The position numbers and the translations under genes were made by a program. 64,000 nucleotides of DNA from Proteromonas lacertae (taxonomy: Eukaryota), in assembly GCA_002245135.1 (NCBI GenBank), contig NGBS01000882.1, forward strand, positions 1 to 64,000, in the 5' to 3' direction. A model generated the notes under the pieces. That model worked only from the letters and a program-made list of their open reading frames with translations. It had not been told where the DNA came from and made no database searches. Positions within the stretch are counted from its first letter, which is position 1, and each line of letters begins with the position of its first letter. This document shows, one piece after another, positions 12,417-25,887 of this stretch.

Positions 12417-15400
12417 CTATTGATTAGTTAATATTTTCAATATATCCTTCAAATTCTCTTTCAGTACTTTAGTATCACTAACATAGTGTTTTTCAAAATC
12501 TTCACTCGTTACTAAGAAGTTCTTAAAAGGTAATGGTTCTGATATACCTTGCAGAAATGCTGCATATTCTTTAGGTAAAGCTGTTGGAATAATTGTTTTC
12601 TTTTGAGGTAAAACATAAAACAAACAATGTTTCAAATCTGGTAAACCACTTGGATTAACAACTATATTCTTTTCTTTTAAATATAAATCAATCATTGATT
12701 GTAAAGTATTCAATTCTTCTGATTCAGTTATATCACTTCCATATATTAATTCACAATAATATCTTAACCATTTTAATGAAATTGAACTATCATAAGATTG
12801 AAATAATTGAAAACCAACTTCAATAGATCCCATTAAGTCAGAATATCCATACAATATTGGAGAGTGTAACAAGAAATTACGATAACAAAGTGAATTATAT
12901 AACGTTATTAATAAGAATATTAATGATTTCCATCTTTGACATAATATAGAATAACCTGGGAAATAGATGTAATATTTCTCATACATATTTGCATATATAA
13001 CTTTCAAATTACCCATAACACTTGTAGTTTGATGGTATAGATAATTTGATGAAGTACTATATATATAAGGAGGTAATTCATCATCATTATAAAACTCAAA
13101 TAGCAATCTAAAATTTTCATTGACTTTATTAGTTTTCATATACTCAATGATTGATACAATATTATTAGAATCTGTAGTAACATCTGTAATTAATATAACT
13201 CCTCCATATTTGAAATAATCTTCAAAACCTTCCAATGATATTACTTCATCATAATCATTAATATAAGAAAAGACTTTGATTTTGTATTGTTTGAAGAATG
13301 TATAAGTTTGTAATTCACTACATTCACCATTGTGATCTGGTAGTAATATAATTATTGGAATTGTACAATCAGTATCAGTGATATATTGATATAAAGAGAG
13401 AGGTTGTAGTGATAATTTCAAATTATCATCTGAAGTAGAAACAATACCTTTTAAGAATTCAGGAATAATTCTATAAATAGAATCGCTCTTACCATATGCT
13501 AATAAAATACATAATTTCTGTACAAATGTTATTTTTCTATATTTTGGTGGGATTTTATCATAATCTCCATGTAAAAAGTCATACCATTCAGTATCTTTAG
13601 TTGAGTAAACTATTTGAAGTAAACTGGTTAATTGCTGGTAATATTCTTCATTAGAGAATTCGAATAATAATTGAATATTACTCTCTACTGGATCTTCCCA
13701 AGATAAACTTAATACTTTATAAATATAAGTCAAATCAGTTTCATTGATTATATCTAATTCGTTTGAATATTGTAGACTTAATAATAATAGAAATATATGT
13801 AATTCCTATATGAAATAAAATAATAATTGAAATTATATATATACATTATCATTATATAGATGTGAAACCTCTTTAATAATTGACAAAGTCACTGAATTTA
13901 CTAATTCATCTATTCCTTGATCTAAATTAATCATATGTTTTATTGATTCAATAATAATCTGTATAATTTGAATTAGTGTCAATGAGTGTGATGATGATAT
14001 TCGATTCATTGAATTAATTACGTTGTAAAACAGTTTACCTCTTTCAGCGATTGGTGAATATAATTCTAAAGATTCTTTAACCTGTATTTTTCTTTGTTGA
14101 ATCTCTTTTAATTCATTTTCAAATTGTGTTGATTGTTGAGCACTACTTTTGATTATATCATAAGCAGCGGAATGTATTAAATCTCCACTGATATTCGATA
14201 GAATATTTAATATTACATCATCATTAATTTGTTGCTTCAAATATATGTTATACTTCTGTAATGATAATTCATGATTTAATTGTGAATCAGTTGGTCGAAG
14301 TGTTTCTAAAAATGAACTTTTCATTGAATCGTCAATAATCTCATCAGTTATTTCAAAATAAATTGTTGAAGTTCTGATTCTTATTTCATCTACTAAATCA
14401 ATTGGTTTTTTAGTTAATATAAATAATGGAAAATCTCCACTTTCATCATAAGAAACAATTTTGATGATTTTCTTTGGCTGTCTTTTCTTAGTTTTATTAA
14501 GTATAACACTACTACTAGCATCATCATCTTCATTTTCATCATTCTCTACTGTAACTGTTTTAGTCATAACTGATTCTCCTGTTTCATCATTATCTACTTT
14601 CTCTTTATCATTATCTTTTTCACTATGATTATTTGCTACTATATCATCTTCATCAAATATATCATCTTTAATAACATTCGCTAAATACTTCATGTAATCA
14701 TTCAATGAACTTAATGAATCAGTATTATATCTATCCAATATTAAATTCATTACAACTGGGTTAAATCTACTATCTAATTCATTGATTATTATTGGAACAC
14801 TATTTTGACTTGATTGATATAATAAATTAGATAAATCAATTCCACAAGATAATATTTGACCTTTATGATATATATTCATATCAATTTGTGACAATGTAAT
14901 AACAGAATCGTTAATATTCTTCTTCTTATGATGCTGATGATGATGTTTATTGTTTTCTTTATTTTTAGCCTTATTCTTTTCCTCCATATTACTATTCTCC
15001 ATCTTTTCAATATATTTGAATGATAATCCTTCTTTATCATATACAATAATAGTAGGAATCTTTACTTTCTTCATTATATAATACATCAAAGTATTCTGTC
15101 TATATATTGACACATTTGGCAATTGATGTGATTCCCATAATATACTATCTTTCTCAGAAATTGCACTTTCACCAATTGATAATACACCATTTTTACATTC
15201 ACTAAATGCTATATCATTCTCTTTTAATAAATCTATCAGTTTTGTACCTATCTTTGTTCTTTCTTTAATGGATAAATTACTAAAAAATGTAATTAATGCA
15301 CTTTCTAATATTGCATCTCCTAATACTTGAGTTCTTAGAATTGCTAATTTTCTTATATTTATTAACCATTTATTCATCTCATCATCTGTTGAACGTATTA

Positions 15401-18400
15401 AGTCTCTGGCTCTCTCTATTTCAGCTTTTTGATGATCATATTCATCTTTTAATGTCTGTAATTCTTTCTCTAAATCTTCTAATTGTTGTTTCATATTTTT
15501 ACTCTTTTCTAACAATTCCTCATATCTTTTACGATGTTCATCTATTTTTTCTTTCAATTGTCTTATATATTCTTCTAATTTAGCTAATTCTTCTAACTTT
15601 GGTTTTATTTTCTTTTGCACTTCATCATAAATCAATACAACTCTCACCCATTTACACAAACCTTCACAAGCTGTAGATGCCATTTTCACTCTTTCAGGTG
15701 TAAAATTAGGATTCTTTAAGAATCGATCTTTCTTTATTTCCATTATAGCTTTCTTAGGTGCTTTATCTTTATTGAAAGTTAATACTTTATTAAGGAATTC
15801 ATCAGGTTTACCACAGGCTGTCATACTACTAAACCAATAATCAACCATAAAGTCACCAGGATGATCAGGATCTCTTAATCTTCTTGGTTTTATCTCTAAT
15901 AACAAACAAACAGCTTCTAAGGTTAATTTAATCATTTCTGGTGGATTTGGCATAGTTTTAATCTCTTCAATTTCACTCTTTTTGATAGATCTAATCTGTT
16001 TCATGGCATCTTCTAATTGTGGGCGAATTATGGCTAATTCTGCTTCTATTTCTGCTTTTAATTTGTTGGCTCTATCTTCTTCAGCTTTTACTGCAGCTTC
16101 TTGTTCTAAAAATGCTTTCTGTGCTTCTTCTGATTCTGCCATTTGTTTAGTTAAACTTTCCATAAAATCCATAACCTCTTTTTCTTTCTGTTTTAAAATG
16201 GGTAATAGTTTTTTCATTTTCTTCTCCATTGAATGAACCAATTCTCTCAAAGCTGTCATTTGATCAACACCTTTTATTAATTTCTTGTAATACTTAGTTA
16301 ATTCTACTCTTTTATTTAAGAATAATTCCATAAAGTGTTTTACAAATAAACAGAATGACAGTGGTGATGTATGATATTCATTATTCAATACATAATCATA
16401 TCTTGAGGATAGTTTTAATATTTCTTCTTCATTTAATCCATGTGTTGCAGCTGTAGCTGGTCTCGATATATAATTTTCACAACCACCAATTGTTGAATTA
16501 GAAGCTGAAGTTATAAATGTAATTTGTTGTGGATAATGTGTAGTTGCTGAAGTATTAGGTCGACTTGTTGAATATTTTCTATTTCCATTAATAACCAAAT
16601 CATTACAAATCATTTGATGGAATTTCGCTAATACAATTGCTGTCTTTGATAAACTTTCATTCATCTGTATTCTACTTTCAAAAAATAATAATGGTGGTAA
16701 TGGTACAATATTCGTTTTACATTCTTTAAATAGATAATTGGCTACTTGTACCTTTGGTTCATATTCCCAAGGTGTTATAATTATTGGATGGAAGAATTTA
16801 AACAGAGATGGGAATAAATCATATACTTTTCTCACTTTATCATTGAAAGGAGTGCTAATAACAAAATGAATATGAGATTTTGCTCTATTAACAAAATAAT
16901 CAAATATTTTTGCATCAGATATTCTGGATGTAGTTAGTTTCAATGGTGGAATTTGAATATATTCTCTCTTTTTCTTTGTCTTTTCATTCATTAAAGGTTT
17001 TAATTTTCTAATTATATCCAATATCACTGGTTGATAGAATAAGTGGTTTAAGTTAGTATAATCTTCTAATAATGATGATATATCTGATAATATATCTAAA
17101 TTATCAAATATTGTCTCTGAACAACACAATACATAATGTTTAGATGGTAATTGTGTAATTGATTTATCATTCTCAGTGAAAATCTCATTTCCACATTCAA
17201 TCAATATTTTAGTGATTTTCCTTTTCCATATTTCATAAGCAGTCACTGATTGAGTATCAATTGTTATTAAGTCTAATTCATATCCAATCAATGAAGATAC
17301 TAATTTAATTAAACTCTTCTTACCACTTCCAGGAATACCAATTAATAATATATTACTTTGATTAAATGAAATAATTCTACCAATATGCAAAATATGATTA
17401 ATTCCTTCTTTAAAGATTGTTAGATTAATTGTATCAGTTGAATTTCTATTATATGTATCAATTGCTACTCTTATTTCTAATTGTAATTGTTTCCATATTG
17501 TAGGAGTCATTTCATTATAGACTGGTACTTTCTCAGCATCATGAAGGATATTGGTAAATATGATCTCATCAGGAATATTACAGTAATACTCATCACTATT
17601 GTGTGGATTATTTGTATTATCATTTCTAACTAAAAACAAATCTTGTGGTGTTGTTTGTGGATATGTATCATAGATTCCTTGTTCCAAGATTAATTTGAAT
17701 TGATTGGCTAATTCTGGATTGAATAAAGGATCTACAAATGTTCTGCACATTTCGTGATACCATAATCTTTGTAAATCATAAGGTGTTTTGATTGTTCTAG
17801 TGGTAATTCTTGTAATACACTTTAATAATTCATTTATAGCGATTGAATTGTAGTTTAGTAAGTATGTATATTCAGTAGTTTCTGTCATTTCTGAGAATTT
17901 CTTTATAATATCTAAAGTAAGGTTTGTTAGAGGTTTGGTTGAATCAATAACTGTTTGTGAGAATTGATTAACAAAGTGTTTATTAATTACTGCAGAGAAA
18001 TATTCAGTTACATCTTTTTCAGTTGGTGCATCTAAATAGATCTTTATTATACTGTTTTTAAATCTATTTTGAATTCTTTCAGTGTGTGGATTATCTATAT
18101 TTACAGTATATAATAACGATAATCCTTTCAACGGCATTAAATTCTCAGTAGAATAATTATCCAAATTAACTACATTCATTTGATGGATTTGTCTTAAATT
18201 CTCAAAATTAGATCCATTTTTATCTTTATTCTCATGTAAATTAGCAGATATATCATCAATAAATATAATACATTTATTCGTAAATTGAGGTTTATATTTA
18301 CCATTATCACACATCTTCATATAATTAGTAATAGTTTGATTAATGATATTTGGCTTTGTAGCTACATTAAATGGGATTCTTGTTCCCCATTCTATATTAT

Positions 18401-21400
18401 CAAAATAACATTCATTTGTTACATTTAGTGATAAATAAACTGCTCTTGTTTTCATTGTTGCTTTATGACTTAGTAACATTAATGAAGTATATGAATTAGT
18501 ACAGTATTTAATAAAATATTGGGAATATTGATATTGAACTGTGTTTAAATATATTTCATTATTATTAACATTAATATACTTTTTACCTTGAATATTATCC
18601 TTCCACATATGATAATTGATTTTTCCACTCAAACCTGTTTCAAGCATATAATCAAACAAGTTTGTATCATCTTCATCAATATGTGATGGTAAGAATACGA
18701 ATATATCTTTATATTGATTTTTTAGGAATATATTATCTAATAAATGTCTACTTAATTTATTCTTATCTTCATAGTTTAAATATCCACCCATTCCCCATAA
18801 CACTCCAATAAAAAGAAAACCTTGTAAATATTTCTTTAGAGAATCTTCTTTGAATATTTTATCCAATGATTGAATAGGACGTAATAGTTTTAATAGTGAA
18901 TAACTACATCTTCCTCTTTCATCGTTAGGATACATCAATGTTTCAATAACAGAGGTAAAACGATGAGATCGACTGTTCTTCATTGTTTCTGGGATTTCTT
19001 GTTGGATTTTTTCTCTCATTTTAGAAACAGTTGATAGTTGGAAACTGTGGAAGAATGATAATATTAAATTGAAAGTCGAAATGTATAAACTATTTCTATC
19101 TTTAGTTATATGTTTTTGAACCATCATTGGATGTTTATCATAATATTCATCAATTGATGTAAAAAGAATGGTTAATATCTCACTTATATAATCACTATAA
19201 GGTATAAATATCTTATCTAATTTCCTAATAAATGTAAATAACAATGATTTCCACTGTATTTTAACACCTTCTACTGCAATTAATGATAATTTATTCAATA
19301 TAGTTGGACTTACATCTTCCAAACTATCCGTTTCATATATAAAACGAATAGTTTTATTGGTTAATAATTTTGAGTTATTCTCTAAGTTAATAGACATCAT
19401 TTTCTTCTCTATTGTATAATGTATAGCTTCTTGAGTGATTGGTCCATCTAATACTATCCAATGATATTGTTCCTCTCTTTCTACACATTTTCTTATTAGC
19501 TTATGAATAACACCACTAGTTTGATCATTTCCGAAGAACTTTGTTAAACTTGAAGATTGTGGATAATATTTAATTACATTTATATTTGTCATATGTTGAT
19601 CTTCCATTTCTTTCTGGCACATTGAGATTAATACGCTTTTACCATAACCAGAAGGACCAACAACAGCAATTGAATGTGAATTTTTTAAAGTCCATCTAAA
19701 ATCAATTGATTTCAATATTTGTTCATTATTACTATTATCATAATTGTTCTTATCATAGATATCTTTATATATTTCTATTAATTGTTGTTGATCTTCTAAA
19801 ACTAAGTCAGGTTGTTCAAATATTTTGTTAAATATTTCCCAAAATTGTACTGTTTCTGTATTATTGAAATTGGGTAGAATACAATGTGCAAATGATGTAT
19901 GTAATAATTCAATATCTGTACAACTTTCATAATAATTTGCATCTTTTAATAAACTACGAATATAGTCGAATATTTTACATAATATTCTTAGAGTTATTTT
20001 AGATTTAAAATCACTGAATATGGAGTTAAATTCACTCACTAATTGATCTAATTGTTTGCTTGTTTTCTTAGGATTATCAAATTGTAATAAATCTAAATAT
20101 ATAGTAATAATAGAATGATAATCCACTTTCAAATAAGTACAAATTCTAAAATATTTCTTTAAATCATTTGTTATCATATTTCTACTCTCTGAACTTGGAG
20201 AATATGTACAAAATATTGGAAATGGTAATTGAAACATATTCTGTTCAATTATATTAGTTGTAATTATATTATTAATCTGAGAAATCATCTGTGTTATTGC
20301 ATAATATATATTCTTTAATATATTGATATTCACATCTTCTAATCGATCAAATAATCCCCAACAATTACACTTACTTATACCAGTCATAAAATTCACTAAA
20401 ATTTTTCTATTTAAACTATCATTACAAGGTAAAATAAAACATTCTTTACCTAAGAAACTACTCAATGCTAATATTGTATCAGTTTTTCCACTTACTGGAT
20501 CACCTTCTAATATAGATCCTTTTTTGTGATTTAACGTAAAACAGAGAAATTGAAAACACTTTTCTATTGCTGGTGTTAATATCAATTGTGAAGTTATTCC
20601 TATAAATTGAAATCCATATTCTATATGTTCATCCATTATTGAGATATAAGCCATAGTTGGTATTTCAACATCTTGATTATTATTGTTTTGATTGGCATTA
20701 TTTGCATTAGCATTTACTAGTGGATAACCGAATCTTTTTGCTTTTAATATTTCAAATTTATTGTATTTTGGTGTATAAGCTCTGAATTTAGATATCCAAT
20801 CAAATGCATTTGGATTATTTACATTATTCTCTATCATATTTTGTAAACTATCTCTAAAATATAATTCTAATAAATAAACACTATTATATTTGAATATTGT
20901 GGGTGTATTATAGGCAAATTGTATATCTTTCATTAATTGGTCTAAATTCTTATTAATTTGATCTAATATTGGTTGCAATGGCTTTTTCTCTTTTAATGCC
21001 TCTTCAATATCAGCTGTGAATAACAAATGACGATATAATAACAACATTTGGCTAGAGAAATCTTCTTTTATTCTATCAAGCCAAGTAAACTCATGTTTGA
21101 ATGGTTTGGTTGATTCTGAAGATTGTAGAAATACTCGGCTTGATCTTCTGGATGATGGTAAATTCGTTAAATGTCTTTGAGTTGGACTTAATAAATTCAC
21201 TGCAGATCCTAAATTCCTTAATGTACCTAAATTCTTAAACTCAAATTTCAATTTATCATTACCTTTTGATGGACTTTTCAATGGATTATTCCTCAATGGA
21301 GTTCTTGCTGCAGATGATAGTGGAGTTGAAGTATTAGCTGTATTACATCTTGAACTTGGACTTAGTAATTGTGACATTTGTGTCATTGGTCGACTATTCA

Positions 21401-24400
21401 ACTTGGAGAATGATGATAATCTATTGGTACTTAATGATCCTGTAGTAACCAATGAAATATCATCTTCGTCATTGGGTGGAGGTGTCATTAATAAATCTAA
21501 TTCATGTTTCAATGTAACTTCTATTTCTTGTTCCAATTTTTTACCCCATACACTCAATGTAAGCTCTTTACCTTCCTCATCTATATATGATATTGGATTG
21601 GCTAATGGTATTGTCATTTTGGCTGAATCTATTAAGCCAATTATTGTATTTTCACCATAATTTATATCTAATTTAGCAATCTATTATATAATATATATAT
21701 ATATATATATATAATTATACATTTGGGAATATTGAACTGATAAAATCATTACATTTATCAGGATTAGTTGATGATTTAATATAAGCTAATAAATCATCAT
21801 CATTTATGAAATACAACCTTGGAAATTCTGATCTTATATTATTCACCAATTTCTTAAGTTCTTTTTTCAAACCATCTGCTGCTTCTAATGCTAATCGAAT
21901 ATTTCTTGGAAATCCACTTTCACTCATTAATGTTAATAAATGAGGAGTTGCCATTGCTGTTGATATGATTGTATCATAGAAATTATCAATATTTTGATAT
22001 CTAATCAATAACGATTTAAACTGTGGATTGGTTATTTCAGAGGTAAATAATGTGTGGAATTTTATATACATATGTTGGAATTTCATCCAGTTGTTTAATA
22101 GATTTTCTGAATCTTTTAATAATCGAATATATTTAGTTAATGTTTCATACATTGAGGATGATTCTGGGTTTAATACCAAGTTAGTTGTAGTGATTAGTTG
22201 TTCATCTAAGGCGTTGTATTGCTTTTGAGTATTTACACATAAATGTGTTTTTGTAAAAACATCATATTCTAATCTTAGAGGAGCATGAATACAGAATGAT
22301 TTACCAGCTACATTACATAATAAAAATGCATATATATAATTATATACTTGAATCATATGATGTTTTATCTTTCCATAATCCCATTATTTCATCTACTTTA
22401 GCTTCAAAATCAAACTCTCGATAAGCTTGACCTAATATCTCTTCAATCTCACTAATATGATCAATTGCGCCTGATTTTAATAATTTTCTAAGTGTCAATT
22501 CTTCATGTAGATTAATTCTCATTCCTAATTGCATAATGATCTTATTCAAATGTCTGAATTTAATTGCTTTGGAGGATAACATCTTCACTAATGGTAAGAA
22601 ATCTCTAAATGTTAAACATTGTTCTTGTACTAACTTTGCTACGGCTTCAGGACCATCTAAATGTTTTAATGAAAATAATGTTTCTAGTGCACAAGCTGAT
22701 GTATAAAGTACATTGATTTGATTGGTCAAATTGGCAGGTAATTTCTGTATATTTCCATCCATCCATTCTGGATATTTTTCTTCCCATTTTATCACATCTT
22801 GCCATACTGCTAATAGTGGAGCTACTTCTGATCTATATTGTTGAATCTCTGGAAATCTAATAATAATAATAATAATAATAATAATAGATATACGGTGTTA
22901 TATCAAATCCTAATAGTTTTTCATCCATATTGAATGTTCTTAATTTATCATCAATTTCTACTAAATCTCTTTGGCAACTCATTATTTCTTCATATATATC
23001 AGTTGCATGTTCAATACCTTCAATTCCATATTTATTCAGTTTCTCAATCACCAATTGCAATTCTTCAATTCTTTTTCTAATTACTACTTGTTGATGTCTT
23101 AAAAACACAGTAAATGTTGAATTACATTCCGGAATAATCAATTTAGCTGTTTCTAAAGCATCCGATAGTTTTGTTGGACATTTTAATATATCAATAAATT
23201 CATTCAAATATTTTTCAGGTATAAATGAATTAAAGTTTTCTAAGATTGATAATAGATTCTTTATTCTATTTATATTTACAACAGTTATTTCAGCTAAACC
23301 TTCTTCTCTTTCTAATGATTTAACTAACTCCTGTAATTCAGATGTAGTTTTTGGACGAGATAATAATAGTTTTATATAGGGATCTAAGTCAAACTTCAAG
23401 CCTGAGTAATATAAATGAATATCATTTGCCATAAATGCTTTAAATAAACTGATTCTTTTTTCAGTTTTAGTCACTAACATATTCTTTATATTCTTTATAT
23501 CAATTTCAAATATTCCAAATGTAACTTCATCTGGGAATGTCATATGAACTTCATCTATTAAAGCAATTGATTTAGCAATCTCTTTACATTGATCTTTAAT
23601 AATCCAACTTCCATATGGAATAACTGATCGAAATGATCGAACAAATGCTTCATCATCAACTGGCAAGAATGGAATATATTTCTCCATAAAAACTAGAAAA
23701 GCGAGAGATAATAAGATAGAATGAGATATTGATTGTATTATATTATTATAATGATTTCCAACATCAACATGATTTAAATCAAAAGGTAATGAAGATGGAG
23801 ATAATTTATCACTTATAAAATCTAAATCAATAAAATCTATTTCATTCACAGATTGTAAGATAAAATGAAATAATTCATTCATCTCATTGATAAATGAAGG
23901 TAAAGGTGGTTCAAATTCAAAATTAACTCCATTATTATACACTAATTTAACTTGGAAATATGGTTTAAATGAACTAAAATCAGCATGTCTTTGCCTATTG
24001 ATTTCAGTTTCTATATATGTAGTATAAGGTGTTAATTGTTTATAATCAATTCCATAATATGATTTATATAATTCTATATCCATATTCACTATATTCGAAT
24101 AAATATCAAATCCAGATGGAGGATAATGATATGAAGAAAATAGATTGTCAAGCCCTCTCAAGCTTTCCATGATTTTATCATTTATAGTAGTAAAATACAA
24201 TACATTAACAGTTCTAGTTACTTCAGAGATTATTCTTTTACTTCCTTGTTCCACAGAATCTCCTAATAACATTACTAATGGTATTAATTCACCATTTTGA
24301 TAAGGAATTATTAGAATATCATCAAATGAATCTTTTGGACCTTCAGTTCCAGTTTTCCACTTATTGGCACTTTCAATTAAGTAATAATATCTATCAATAA

Positions 24401-25726
24401 TCACTTCCTCCATAAATCTCAATGATTTTATATATAAACTAATCGCTTCTTGTAATTGTTGCCTTTCTAACATTGAAAACATATGTAATGGCAATGGGAT
24501 CTTTTCTGGTCTTTTTGGATATAATTCTTCCACTTTCTTCTCCTTGTGCATTAGTTTAACTGAACGAATATTATCATACGAAGTTACTGGATAAGGAACT
24601 GGAACAGCATTAAACAACATATCAACTGCTTTTAACTTTGCTATTTCTAATGTCATTGCTATATAAAAGTCATAAATAGGTGGATAATATCTAATCATAT
24701 GATGTGAAAATCCAATTACTCTTTCACTCAATGATAATGATGATTCAGGTATATCATTATCATAACGTACTTTGTGTGGAGTTCGAATAAAGTGTTTGAA
24801 AATTGGTGGTGAATATACTCCAACTATTGATTCTGAATATAATCGAACTAATTCACCATAATAGAGAGATTGTACTTCATTACAGAGGTTTAAGACTAGA
24901 TTATATTTTTCTTTCTATTTTAATATATTGATATATATATATACAATTAATTTTTCATTTAAATTACTCAAAAATAAAATATCTCTTAAAACTTCTTCTG
25001 GATAAGGAGCCAATAATCTTTCAGGATTTGGAATGTTCTTTGCTACAATATGATTGGTTACTGTATATCTGAGTATAGCTTCAGCTACTTTTTGAAATTG
25101 TTGTGCATGAACTTTTCTTTCTTCACATGATTCTATTGTTTCTCCACTAAATTTAATATTCCACCTAGAAACATATTTGTTTGGCATATCGTCATTCTTC
25201 CACTCGATTAAGAATTTTCGAGCTTCTTTGTCATAAGATAGTACTGTACATTCTCTCCATTCTACTTCACCACTTATTTGTACATATTTAGATCTGGCTG
25301 GAGCTGGAAGTTCAGGACAATCCATTGGCAGAATATCACAGAAATCTAATGGAAGAAAGGATGGAGGATCTGGTTGATCATTTTTAAATGATTTTTCTAG
25401 AAACCTCATTGGGTCATAATATTTAATAACTGGTAGGGTTTTTGCTTTTCTTATTCCTTTGACTGTATATAATTCTGGTTTAATAACTTTGTGTGATTCG
25501 TAATGTATAGGCTATTAAAACATATTATTTTAATGCAATATCATACTGGTGATATTTCACTTAAATTGTTTTCATAATCGATCATTTCCTTAAAAAGCAT
25601 GTTCTATATGTATTTTATAGATTGATTAAAATATACTTTTCTTACAACTTGTGGTAGATGGTGTAATGACTCTTCTTTTTCTTTGTTGTCATTCTTCTTT
25701 GCTTTATCTGATTGATTATTAGACAT
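12417..25726 (-). CDS. Highly divergent axonemal (inner-arm, DNAH1-like) dynein heavy chain, ~4351 aa. Inferred introns 25604-25636, 25512-25546, 24915-24944, 22857-22893, 22308-22347, 21681-21720, 13806-13844
   Basis: Seven GTAT..TAG introns give one 13056-nt frame. Linker FPRLYFINDDDLL; P-loops GDPVSGKT, GPSGYGKS, GIPGSGKK; stalk coiled coil and MTBD (IKTMPNPPEMIKLTLEAVCLLL...STACEGLCKWV); N-terminal FLPLDF..WRECTVLSYD..VSRWNIKF resembles DNAH1. Subfamily call is less certain than the dynein call. Confidence 0.88.
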
Positions 25727-25887
25727 ATTTTACAATGAATTGTATAAAATTTAAATTAGCTTTGTATATTGTGAGAAATAAAAACAATCGTTATGAAAAA
25801 GCTTGACATTAGCAAGCTCATTTTTCAAATTTTGGATTTTCTATATTCTGTAATAGGTATAGAATAAATCCAACAATATAAATTGCA

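Noticed and set aside
21681..22893. (TA)n and (TAA)n tracts, including the poly-Tyr ORF end at 22857; similar tracts at ~45426 and ~57865
   Set aside because: Microsatellites inside introns; the poly-Tyr is intron read-through.
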